Shown here one piece after another: positions 48,384-57,386 of a stretch of 57,386 bases of DNA. The first letter of the stretch is position 1; each line of letters opens with the position of its first letter. The stretch comes from an uncultured virus (IMG/VR IMGVR_UViG_3300010157_000038). Lineage: Duplodnaviria > Heunggongvirae > Uroviricota > Caudoviricetes. Where the stretch lies: the IMG/VR virus record IMGVR_UViG_3300010157_000038; one strand, given 5' to 3'. The notes beneath the pieces were generated by a model that saw nothing but the letters and a program-made list of their open reading frames with translations, ran no database searches and was not told the DNA's origin. Both the position numbers and the translations under genes were made by a program.

Positions 48384-50394
48384 TTGTTTTCCATATTATA
48401 ACGAAAAAGAACTCTTACAACTACGTTACAATTTATTAAAAGACGTAGTAGACGAGTTCATCATTTGTGAAGGTGACGTCACTCATACTGGCGATCCTAA
48501 GCCAATGACCTGCGTTGATACCTTGAAAGAACTTGGTATACCTTTAGATAAGATCAAGCTTATTAAAGTTAAATTACCAAGCGACAAAGGATTAAGCAAT
48601 TGGAGGCGTGAGAACGCTCAACGCGATGCTGCACGCAGCTTCTTAAATGATAATAACACAGTCGCTATCATAAGTGACTGTGACGAGATCATGAATCCAG
48701 TCTCAGTGAAGTATTATGCCGAGTCTGCTTTAAGATATCCAGATCGTATCATTCGTATACCAATGGCTTACTTGAATTGCCGCGCAGACCTTCAGGTGGT
48801 AGATAAGAGTGGTAACGCTCGTGATTGGAACGCACCATTCATGTGCTTAAGAAAGCATGTAGAAAAATATTCTTTAAGTCAGATCCGCGAATCATACACA
48901 CGAGGCAAGAATGACATTAGCTTTACTGATACTTATTTAATAGACAATGGTGTTATTGAGAAAGCTGGTTGGCACTTTAGTTGGATGGGTAATGCAGCGC
49001 GCATGCAAACAAAGATAAAGTCATTAGCAGATCATGGCGACTTCATCGCTGGTGCCGTCGGTGGTGGGTCTGATAAAACGAAGATCGTTGATTTCATGGA
49101 TTCTTATAAGGCAAAGGATGGATCAACCGATCCGTTAGGTCGCGAGGATCACGTATTAAAGTATTATCCTACATCAAAGTTACCACAAAAAATCTTTGAA
49201 TTACCTTTAGTGCAAGATTACCTCTTACCTGTCAAGATTAAGCATTTCTATGACCAACCGCAGTTTGGTGAGAACTGGTTCACATTCCCTGAGTTATACG
49301 CAGAGATGGTACGCAAGTTCCCAGATGGCAGTAAGTTTGTAGAGATTGGTTCTTGGAAAGGTAGATCAGCGGCTTATATGGCCACTGAGATCATTAATAA
49401 TGATAAACAGATTGAGTTCATGTGTGTTGATACTTGGCAAGGCTCGATTGAACACCAAGAAGCAAATAAGGATGAACTAAAAGATCTTTACCACATCTTT
49501 ATTAAGAACATGAGTCCTGTGGATGGTAAGTACAAACCACTCCGGTTGACTTCAGTACAAGCTGCACAACAATTTGCTGACAACACATTAGACTTTATCT
49601 TTATTGATGCCTCACACGAATACGAGGACGTAAAGAATGATATAAAGGCTTGGCTACCAAAACTAAAGAAAACTGGTGTAATAGCTGGGCACGATTGCTA
49701 TCCTGATAATCCTGAGTTCGGCGGTGTATATAAGGCAGTCAAAGAACTCATTCCTAACTTTAAGATCTCTGAAAACTGTTGGATATACGAACCAATGAAT
49801 CCTATTAAATCTGAAATTGAAAATCTACTCTATAAGTTTATAGATAATCCTAATGACGCCGAGTCAAACTTTGCACTCGCACTATATTACGATCGCTTGA
49901 ATCAAACTGCTTCAGCGGTGTCATATTATATCCGTACTGCGGAACGCGCACCAGATCCATTACTTCAGTATGAAGCTTTAGTTAAAGCAGCACTTTGTTT
50001 CTTACGACAAGGTACGCGCGGCTTATCAGTTCGTGGATTGCTGCAAAGAGCGATCACTGTACTTCCAAAGCGCCCAGAGGCGTATTTCTTATTAGCTCGC
50101 TGGTGGGAGAGAGACAGCACCGTTGAGGGTTGGGTAAACTGCTATACGCTCGCTACGATTGGAGAAAATCATTGCGACTTTAATTTAGCGCCCTTACGAA
50201 CCAATGTTGAGTACCCTGGCAAATATGGCATGATCTTTGAAAAGGCAATCAGCGCTTGGTGGGTAGGTCTTTGTGAAGAATCTCGCGACTTATTAAAGAT
50301 TTTATTAACTCAATATAAATTAGACGCAACTCATAAGAATGCTGCCATAAACAACTTAAAGTTTATGAAGCAGAATGTAGATCAATATCTCTAA
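48370..50394 (+). CDS. GT17-like glycosyltransferase + SAM methyltransferase + TPR fusion
   Basis: IIDCFPYYNE, RENAQR, SDCDEI, GWHFSW; VEIGSWKGRS, IFIDASH, IAGHD; helical TPR-like tail. Confidence 0.8.
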   Translation: MKIIDCFPYYNEKELLQLRYNLLKDVVDEFIICEGDVTHTGDPKPMTCVDTLKELGIPLDKIKLIKVKLPSDKGLSNWRRENAQRDAARSFLNDNNTVAIISDCDEIMNPVSVKYYAESALRYPDRIIRIPMAYLNCRADLQVVDKSGNARDWNAPFMCLRKHVEKYSLSQIRESYTRGKNDISFTDTYLIDNGVIEKAGWHFSWMGNAARMQTKIKSLADHGDFIAGAVGGGSDKTKIVDFMDSYKAKDGSTDPLGREDHVLKYYPTSKLPQKIFELPLVQDYLLPVKIKHFYDQPQFGENWFTFPELYAEMVRKFPDGSKFVEIGSWKGRSAAYMATEIINNDKQIEFMCVDTWQGSIEHQEANKDELKDLYHIFIKNMSPVDGKYKPLRLTSVQAAQQFADNTLDFIFIDASHEYEDVKNDIKAWLPKLKKTGVIAGHDCYPDNPEFGGVYKAVKELIPNFKISENCWIYEPMNPIKSEIENLLYKFIDNPNDAESNFALALYYDRLNQTASAVSYYIRTAERAPDPLLQYEALVKAALCFLRQGTRGLSVRGLLQRAITVLPKRPEAYFLLARWWERDSTVEGWVNCYTLATIGENHCDFNLAPLRTNVEYPGKYGMIFEKAISAWWVGLCEESRDLLKILLTQYKLDATHKNAAINNLKFMKQNVDQYL

Positions 50395-50413
50395 TATATA
50401 CTAGTATATTATT

Positions 50414-51967
50414 ATGAATCCTTTGAAAGGTGTTCCTCCAATTTATTATCTCTCACTCGCGGGTGAGACCGAGCGTCAAAAGTGCATACAAGATCAATTT
50501 GACAAGTATTTTATAAAGAATACGACTATGATTCTAGGCTTCGACGGTCGCAAGACTGATCTGAAGAATAATCCATTAGTTCGTGGTTCTTATTTTGATG
50601 CTTTATCCTCTGGAGATGTGGCGTGTTCGATGGGTCATATTCAGATGATTAAGACTTGGTTAGAAACATCTGATAGTGATACCGCATTATTCTTGGAAGA
50701 TGATGTCAATCTCGATAACTGTGAGTATTGGAGTTTCTTATGGTCAGAGATGGTTGAGGCTTTGCCTAAAGGATGGAAGTGTATGCAGTTGGCATTAATC
50801 AAGCCGCACGACATTGAGGAAGTAAAGTTTCGTCCACGCATTACTAACAATTGGTCAGTGACTGCTTATCTCTTAACAAGAGATTACGCTAAGTTCTTAC
50901 TAGATCATTATTACGTAAACAATCAGTTTGTACTGAATGTGTTTGGAGATCCAAGGGCTTTGCCTATCGTGGAGAACTTGATTTATTTCCCAGCAGAACC
51001 TCACGTATACACATTCCCTATCTTTACTGAGAAGAATACTTTCTCAAGTACGTTTATTGCAGGTCAAAAAAAGGTAAAGGAATATAATGATATCTCTGAA
51101 AAGTCTGCAACGAAGTGGTGGCAGAACTATGGTAAGAAGACATCTCTTTCTCAATTTATGGATACTACACACGTCTTTGAACCAATACCGATGTTAGGCA
51201 CCGCAGTGGTAAATAACACTAAGTGGGTCAAGAGGCTCATTGAAAGTGTGGATCATCCAGTGAAAGAGTTCTTGATCATTAACAATAATGGTCGTGGCAT
51301 AATCGATAAAGAACTGGATGAGATTGCAGCGGTGCCTCATAAATTTATTGGAAAGATTCGTGTCCTTCACATGGCGTGTAATTTAGGAGTACCCGCGTCT
51401 TGGAACTTGATGATCAAGTCGTATATCAAAGCTCCTTACTGGATCATCATGAATGATGACGTTGCGTTCACGCCTGGGCTCTTAGCCGAGATGCATTTAG
51501 CCACTCTTCGTGAACCCATGGTGGGTATGATTCACGCGCACGAGGGAGATCATGGCATCGGTAGTTGGGACTTATTTCTTATCCGAGATCACGTCATAAT
51601 GAACTATGGTTTATTTGATGAAAATCTATATCCTGCTTATAACGAGGATGCTGACTATTTCATGCGATTCCTAGTAAAACCTATTCGTAGGATCATGTCC
51701 TTACAAGGGAATTACTTGCATGGAGATGGTAATAAACAAGATTACCATACTCATGGTAGGCAGACTGCAAAGAGTGATAGTAAACTGCACGATCAATTAC
51801 ATCAAGTAAATCTTACTAATTTTGAGTATATGACACAAAAATGGACTGAAGGATGGAGGCTTTGTGCACCTTCCCAGAGTCCATTTAGAGATAAAAACAC
51901 TGAATTTCCTATATCTTATACTACTTTTGACTTAAAATTTATAAGATCAAAACATCTAGGTTTTTAA
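50414..51967 (+). CDS. Double glycosyltransferase (GT25-like + GT2-like)
   Basis: FDG, ACSMGH, LEDD, AYLL; then IINNNG, NLGVPASWN, MNDD, FDENLYPAYNEDADY. Confidence 0.8.
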   Translation: MNPLKGVPPIYYLSLAGETERQKCIQDQFDKYFIKNTTMILGFDGRKTDLKNNPLVRGSYFDALSSGDVACSMGHIQMIKTWLETSDSDTALFLEDDVNLDNCEYWSFLWSEMVEALPKGWKCMQLALIKPHDIEEVKFRPRITNNWSVTAYLLTRDYAKFLLDHYYVNNQFVLNVFGDPRALPIVENLIYFPAEPHVYTFPIFTEKNTFSSTFIAGQKKVKEYNDISEKSATKWWQNYGKKTSLSQFMDTTHVFEPIPMLGTAVVNNTKWVKRLIESVDHPVKEFLIINNNGRGIIDKELDEIAAVPHKFIGKIRVLHMACNLGVPASWNLMIKSYIKAPYWIIMNDDVAFTPGLLAEMHLATLREPMVGMIHAHEGDHGIGSWDLFLIRDHVIMNYGLFDENLYPAYNEDADYFMRFLVKPIRRIMSLQGNYLHGDGNKQDYHTHGRQTAKSDSKLHDQLHQVNLTNFEYMTQKWTEGWRLCAPSQSPFRDKNTEFPISYTTFDLKFIRSKHLGF

Positions 51968-51987
51968 ATTTTATAGATAGTTTATCA

Positions 51988-51995
51988 TATAAATA
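51988..51995 (+). promoter_or_regulatory. T4-type late promoter
   Basis: TATAAATA. Confidence 0.8.
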
Positions 51996-52011
51996 GTCAT
52001 TATTACCACTA

Positions 52012-53118
52012 ATGGCTATCTACGCTAACATATCTATTGATCAGGGTTCAGACTTCTCAGCTGTCATAGGAGTGCAAGGTGTAGACGGTTTAACCTTGGA
52101 TTTAACAGGTTTCACCGCTCGTGGTCAAATAAGAAAGACGTATACTTCTAGAAATTCAATCGTTTTTACTACTTCTATACCAGATCCTACGAGTGGTAAT
52201 ATACAGATCTCATTAACACACTCGCAAACAGCCACGATGAAGGCAGGTCGTTATCTTTACGATGTAGAAATCATAAGTATCGATAACTTAGTCACTCGTG
52301 TGGTGGAAGGACAAGTTGATGTAGATCCACGTATTACATTACCTGACAACTCTCATGGAATGCAGGTATTTACGGCGAGTGGATCGTGGACGGTGCCTTC
52401 AAATGTAAATGCAGTAAATGTTTTAGTTGTAGGAGGAGGCGGAGGCGGTGGTAATTGGGCAGGTGGTGGAGGAGGCGGAGGCGGAGTTATTCGAAACTTT
52501 GATGTCGGTCATCAAACCTTTGCGGTCATTCCTAATTCAAGTATACCAGTCATAGTAGGTTCAGGCGGTTCAGGCGCTTCTGCATACGGCGCAGTGGGTA
52601 CGGCCGGTGGAAATTCTTCGTTCGGCACTTTAGTCGCTCTAGGTGGTGGATTCGGTGGATCAGGGCCTGGATCCGCTCATGCAACTGCTGGCAATGGTGG
52701 TTGTGGTGGAGGAGCTTACTCAACAGGTAGTTCTGGCTTAGGCACAGACGCACAAGGCGAGGGAGGCGGACTCGGTTACAATTACGGTGGAGGAGCGGTT
52801 GGACCTGGTGGCGGTGGTGGCGGTGGTGCCGTAGGAGGAGGAGGCTCAGTCGATGGCAACGGCGCAGGCGGTGGAGGACTTGGTTATGAAAGTCAAATTT
52901 CAGGAGTGAACGTCATGTATGGATCTGGCGGAGGTGGCGGTGCAGGTCGTGGAGCAATCGCGGGTCAAGGTAATATTGGTGCAGGCAATGGCGGAAATCA
53001 ATTCTCAGGCGGTTTAAATGCAATCATTGCAAACGTAGGAGCAGGCGGCGGTGGAGGAGGAGAAAGCTCAATCGACGGCGGCGATGGCTCTGCTGGCGTA
53101 GTCATAGTTGTTTGGTAA
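52012..53118 (+). CDS. Structural protein: adaptor-type N-domain + glycine-rich domain
   Basis: IDQGSDF..DLTG..GRYLYDVE..RVVEG; FTASGSWTVP..VGGGGGG..GSAGVVIV. Confidence 0.8.
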   Translation: MAIYANISIDQGSDFSAVIGVQGVDGLTLDLTGFTARGQIRKTYTSRNSIVFTTSIPDPTSGNIQISLTHSQTATMKAGRYLYDVEIISIDNLVTRVVEGQVDVDPRITLPDNSHGMQVFTASGSWTVPSNVNAVNVLVVGGGGGGGNWAGGGGGGGGVIRNFDVGHQTFAVIPNSSIPVIVGSGGSGASAYGAVGTAGGNSSFGTLVALGGGFGGSGPGSAHATAGNGGCGGGAYSTGSSGLGTDAQGEGGGLGYNYGGGAVGPGGGGGGGAVGGGGSVDGNGAGGGGLGYESQISGVNVMYGSGGGGGAGRGAIAGQGNIGAGNGGNQFSGGLNAIIANVGAGGGGGGESSIDGGDGSAGVVIVVW

Positions 53119-53122
53119 TAAC

Positions 53123-53368
53123 ATGGCTAACATAACTGCAAAAATCACTCCTCAGCAAAGAATTCGTTCTACGATCTCTGGACAGATTATTGTTCAAGCT
53201 AGAACAATCACTTTAGGCAATCTTCGTTCTTTATCATCATTGATTGATGTAGATTTAGCAGGAGCAGAGGATGGCGCACTTTTAATTTATGATGGTACTA
53301 GACAGAAATGGATAGCAACAGTTTTAGCAAACAACCAACACACAATCGTCGATGGCGGCTCATTTTAA
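53123..53368 (+). CDS. Small structural protein
   Basis: LIDVD..EDGALLIYD..KW..VDGGSF; ATG 53123. Confidence 0.7.
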   Translation: MANITAKITPQQRIRSTISGQIIVQARTITLGNLRSLSSLIDVDLAGAEDGALLIYDGTRQKWIATVLANNQHTIVDGGSF

Positions 53369-53447
53369 TACATCTTAACTCTCTTAACTGAATCACATCT
53401 ATAAAGTGGATTTTTATCTGCTTTTTGATTGAGTTTTTACTCACCAT

Positions 53448-56126
53448 ATGTCAACTAAAGGAACAAATATCCTTTTTAAGAAATCGTCTATACCTGGGAA
53501 AATTCCCGGTGGTGGGGACTTGTCGTATGGTGAATTAGCGCTCAATTATGCGGATGGCGTTTTATACTATAAGAACGCAAATGGTGCGGTAGGGATATTA
53601 AATTTACAAGGTGCGCAGGGCGTAAATGGCACCAATGGTATTCAAGGTGCCAAAGGAGCTCAAGGCGTACAAGGATCTAGCGGTTATCAAGGATCCGATG
53701 GGTTGCAAGGAACTCAAGGCGCGAGTGGTTATCAAGGAATCAATGGAACTCAAGGTGCGCAAGGTGCCGCAGGTTATCAAGGAATAAATGGCGCGCAAGG
53801 TACTCAAGGTACTTCTGGCTATCAAGGAGTTAATGGCGCCCAAGGTTCTCAAGGTATACAAGGCATTCAGGGTCTTCAAGGTATCCAAGGTAAAGATGGT
53901 CAGTCTATCTCAATTAAAGGCAGTGTAACTAGTGCCACTGTAGAAAACTTTAGCGCTATTACTCCACCTCCAGTTTTAGGTGATGCTTGGATAGCTGATG
54001 ATACAGGTCATCTTTGGGTTTATACTGTAACTGGACCAGTCGCTGGATTCTCCGATGTAGGTCAGATAGTAGGTAGTCAAGGTACTACTGGTTCGCAAGG
54101 TTATCAAGGTATTCAAGGTATCAATGGTACTTCTGGAACCCAAGGAGTACAAGGTGCACAGGGTATTCAAGGTACGAGTGGATATCAAGGCGCCGATGGC
54201 ACTCAAGGTAGCCAAGGTATTCAGGGCAGACAAGGCACACAAGGTTTACAAGGAGAGCAGGGTGTTCAAGGAATACAAGGCGCTCAAGGTGCACAAGGCA
54301 CTCAAGGCGAGCAAGGTATCCAAGGTGTTCAAGGAACTCAAGGAGTTCAAGGTGCCCAAGGTCAACAAGGGATTCAAGGTACTCAGGGTACACAAGGAAG
54401 ACAAGGAATTCAAGGGTCACAAGGCACTCAAGGCGACGTCGGTCTTACTGGTAATGATGGTGTTCAAGGTACTGAAGGACAACAAGGTATTCAAGGAACT
54501 GCTGGTCTTCAAGGTTATCAAGGTGTCCAAGGTGTTCAAGGTACTGAAGGACCTGCAGTCATTATTTCTCCAACAGTTCCACTCTCACCAGTTGATGGAA
54601 ATCTTTGGTGGGATAATACGGTTGGTCAACTGCGTATATTTTATAACGACGGCAACTCGTCGCAATGGGTTGATGCCGTTATCGCTGGTGAAATGGGTAT
54701 TCAGGGTTTTCAAGGCGTTCAAGGCTTTGGTGGAACTCAAGGTACGCAAGGAGCAACTGGCGCAGGCACTCAAGGCGCTCAAGGTATTCAAGGTGAACAA
54801 GGTGTTCAAGGTAATGATGGCGCGCAAGGTGTTCAAGGAGCGCAAGGTACCGTCTTAAACTTTATTGGTACCTGGATACAAAGCTCCTATGTCGCTCAAA
54901 CTGTTGCAGTATCTCCTTTAAATAATAATACTTACATCAGTTTAGTAACAACTACTAATGTATATACTGATCCTGCAAATGATCCAAGCGAATGGGCATT
55001 ATTTGCAGCAGCTGGCAGTCAAGGTCTTCAGGGTGTTCAAGGTTCTAGTGGTACTAGTGGTACTAGTGGTACACAAGGCGCGCAGGGAGCAAATGGTAAT
55101 CAAGGTATACAAGGAACTCAAGGCGCGCAGGGTCTACAAGGCGAGCAAGGTGTACAAGGAATTCAAGGTACACAAGGTACTCAAGGAGCACAGGGCGAGC
55201 AAGGCGTGCAAGGAGTTCAGGGAACTCAAGGTACTCAAGGCACTCAAGGTACTCAAGGAATTCAAGGGCGTCAAGGTATTCAAGGTACTGTTGGTTCACA
55301 AGGAACTCAAGGTACTCAAGGCGCACAGGGCGAACAAGGTACTCAAGGAGAACAAGGCACACAAGGTACTTACGGTATTCAAGGAGCACAAGGCGTACAA
55401 GGTATTCAAGGTTATCAAGGACCTGCAGTTACTATTGCAGTAACACCGCCTAATTCTGCAAACGATGGAAATCTTTGGTGGGATTCTACTTTAGGCCAAT
55501 TAAGAATTTATTACAATGATGGCAACTCGTCACAATGGGTTGATGCAGTTGTTGCTGGCATGCAAGGCTTGCAAGGTTCTGCAGGAACTGGATCACAAGG
55601 CATTCAAGGAGTACAAGGTGTCCAAGGTTCAATTGGGTCTCAAGGTTCTGCAGGTATAGGAACACAAGGTGTACAAGGTATTCAAGGAATAACTGGATCT
55701 CAAGGCACTTTAGGCGCACAGGGCATTCAAGGTATTCAAGGTATTCAAGGTGCTCAAGGAGCTGACAAAACCACAGGCTCATGGACGGTGGCCACTGGTA
55801 CAAATACTTACAGTATCACAGTTCCCACAAACGGTAATTATCAACTATGGGTCAGATGCAATATTCCGAATGGCATCTTTGCATATCAGGCCACTGTAAG
55901 CGTTACTAATACTAATGTGCCAGTTCTGGGCACTCAACGAGCATACAACTACACCGGTGGCGGAAGCCCAATACTATTAACAACTATGCCAACACAAATC
56001 ATAGGAGCCGAAGGCACAATATCAACTGCGGTTGTATCAACTACCACATCCAATAGATTTGATTTTGTAATTAACAATTCCAGTGGATCAAGTCAAACAG
56101 TTTCCTGGGGCTATGTTACACTATGA
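53448..56126 (+). CDS. Collagen-like fibre protein (Gly-X-Gln)
   Basis: KKSS..GK.P..L.YGELALNYADG.LYYK anchor, long GxQ tracts interrupted by globular modules. Confidence 0.88.
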   Translation: MSTKGTNILFKKSSIPGKIPGGGDLSYGELALNYADGVLYYKNANGAVGILNLQGAQGVNGTNGIQGAKGAQGVQGSSGYQGSDGLQGTQGASGYQGINGTQGAQGAAGYQGINGAQGTQGTSGYQGVNGAQGSQGIQGIQGLQGIQGKDGQSISIKGSVTSATVENFSAITPPPVLGDAWIADDTGHLWVYTVTGPVAGFSDVGQIVGSQGTTGSQGYQGIQGINGTSGTQGVQGAQGIQGTSGYQGADGTQGSQGIQGRQGTQGLQGEQGVQGIQGAQGAQGTQGEQGIQGVQGTQGVQGAQGQQGIQGTQGTQGRQGIQGSQGTQGDVGLTGNDGVQGTEGQQGIQGTAGLQGYQGVQGVQGTEGPAVIISPTVPLSPVDGNLWWDNTVGQLRIFYNDGNSSQWVDAVIAGEMGIQGFQGVQGFGGTQGTQGATGAGTQGAQGIQGEQGVQGNDGAQGVQGAQGTVLNFIGTWIQSSYVAQTVAVSPLNNNTYISLVTTTNVYTDPANDPSEWALFAAAGSQGLQGVQGSSGTSGTSGTQGAQGANGNQGIQGTQGAQGLQGEQGVQGIQGTQGTQGAQGEQGVQGVQGTQGTQGTQGTQGIQGRQGIQGTVGSQGTQGTQGAQGEQGTQGEQGTQGTYGIQGAQGVQGIQGYQGPAVTIAVTPPNSANDGNLWWDSTLGQLRIYYNDGNSSQWVDAVVAGMQGLQGSAGTGSQGIQGVQGVQGSIGSQGSAGIGTQGVQGIQGITGSQGTLGAQGIQGIQGIQGAQGADKTTGSWTVATGTNTYSITVPTNGNYQLWVRCNIPNGIFAYQATVSVTNTNVPVLGTQRAYNYTGGGSPILLTTMPTQIIGAEGTISTAVVSTTTSNRFDFVINNSSGSSQTVSWGYVTL

Positions 56127-56176
56127 CAAGCGGACACTTTGATTCGATAACAATCAATTATTACTAATAGAAACCA

Positions 56177-56184
56177 TATAAATA
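56177..56184 (+). promoter_or_regulatory. T4-type late promoter
   Basis: TATAAATA. Confidence 0.8.
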
Positions 56185-56202
56185 GTAGTAATTTATACAA
56201 AT

Positions 56203-57386
56203 ATGTCACTGAATTTTCCAATTCCTACTCACACTGGTCAAACCTATTCGGCGGGAGGTCACGTTTGGACGTGGGACGGTGAAGCGTGGAGATCTCAAAC
56301 TGGTGGAATACAAGGTTCTATTGGAACGCAGGGTTCTCAAGGCGTACAGGGTTTGCAAGGAACTCAAGGTATACAAGGATTACTAGGATCTCAGGGTTCT
56401 CAGGGAATTCAAGGATCTCAAGGAAGTCAAGGTACTCAAGGATCAATAGGATCGCAAGGAGGTCAAGGAATTCAAGGCGCACAAGGCACTCAAGGAATTC
56501 AAGGAATACAAGGCGCACAAGGAACTATAGGTAGTCAAGGTACTCAAGGCAGTCAAGGAACTCAAGGTACGCAGGGTCAACAAGGTATTCAAGGTACGCA
56601 AGGATCTTTAGGAAATCAGGGCACACAAGGTTCTCAAGGCATTCAAGGAGTTCAGGGAACTCAGGGTATACAAGGCACTCAAGGTACACAGGGTATTCAA
56701 GGAATACAAGGCACACAAGGTGCACAAGGCTCACAGGGTCAGCAAGGAATTCAAGGAGTTCAAGGGACACAAGGAGTACAAGGTACACAAGGTCTTCAAG
56801 GAACTCAAGGTACGCAAGGTATTCAAGGAATACAAGGCACTCAAGGCGCGCAAGGAATTAAAGGTAATGACGGTACCTCTGTCAATATCATGGGCAGCAT
56901 TGCGTCCGCTACAGTTCCTAATTTTAATGCAATTGATCCAACTCCAGCAAAAGGTGATGGTTGGATTGCTACTGATACAGGTCATTTGTGGGTTTATACT
57001 GGATCTGGTGCTGTTGCAGGATTTTCTGACGTTGGACAAATTGTAGGGCCTCAAGGCGCACAAGGAACTCAAGGCACTCAAGGACGTCAAGGAATACAAG
57101 GAATACAAGGATCGCAAGGCAATCAGGGTACTCAAGGGACACAAGGAACTCAAGGCACTCAAGGTGTTCAAGGGATTCAAGGCTCTCAAGGCATACAAGG
57201 CACTCAAGGTACTCAGGGAACTCAAGGCATTCAAGGTTCTCAAGGAACGCAAGGTACACAAGGCATTCAAGGTGTGCAGGGAACACAAGGAGCACAAGGA
57301 ACACAGGGCGTTCAAGGTACGCAAGGCACTCAAGGCATACAAGGCGTGCAGGGTACTCAGGGAACTCAAGGCGCACAAGGAACACA
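56203..57386 (+). CDS. Second collagen-like fibre protein, 3' truncated (absent from ORF track)
   Basis: ATG 56203: MSLNFPIPTHTGQTYSAGGHVWTWDGEAW then GxQ repeats open to window end. Confidence 0.88.
   Translation, partial: MSLNFPIPTHTGQTYSAGGHVWTWDGEAWRSQTGGIQGSIGTQGSQGVQGLQGTQGIQGLLGSQGSQGIQGSQGSQGTQGSIGSQGGQGIQGAQGTQGIQGIQGAQGTIGSQGTQGSQGTQGTQGQQGIQGTQGSLGNQGTQGSQGIQGVQGTQGIQGTQGTQGIQGIQGTQGAQGSQGQQGIQGVQGTQGVQGTQGLQGTQGTQGIQGIQGTQGAQGIKGNDGTSVNIMGSIASATVPNFNAIDPTPAKGDGWIATDTGHLWVYTGSGAVAGFSDVGQIVGPQGAQGTQGTQGRQGIQGIQGSQGNQGTQGTQGTQGTQGVQGIQGSQGIQGTQGTQGTQGIQGSQGTQGTQGIQGVQGTQGAQGTQGVQGTQGTQGIQGVQGTQGTQGAQGT

Noticed and set aside
53604..57385. Many alternate-frame and antisense ORFs
   Set aside because: By-products of the 9-bp periodic collagen-coding DNA

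Overview
Fragment of a large T4-like (Tevenvirinae/Kyanoviridae-style) myophage genome, standard genetic code, AT-rich. 1-21 kb is an accessory/early region (phoH, exonuclease, ClpP-like protease, HNH, M14 and S53 peptidases, porin-like barrel, sugar epimerase, lipoproteins, lysozyme-like gene, three tRNAs). 21-23 kb holds gp33/gp59/gp32. 23-44 kb is the baseplate/tail module (tape-measure-like, gp51/gp26/gp54/gp2/gp4 on the minus strand; gp48, 53, hub, 5, 25, 6, 7, 8, VrlC-like on the plus strand). 44-57 kb holds tail fibres with Gly-X-Gln collagen-like repeats surrounding a glycosyltransferase cluster. Most notable signals: (1) a T TTT TTC slippery site that would fuse gp26 to a gp51 frame lacking a suitable start, just upstream of the tape-measure-like gene (lambda G/GT-like architecture); (2) a 124-nt CCA-ended tRNA-like RNA with a non-canonical core; (3) a repeat-delimited array of small genes at 3.0-4.4 kb; (4) four promoters with a 25-bp palindrome exactly 15 nt upstream of a TGTACA -35; (5) an unexplained ~120-nt structured element at 19.2-19.4 kb; (6) a possible virion-glycosylation system. 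All product calls come from motif recognition by eye; no database searches were run.
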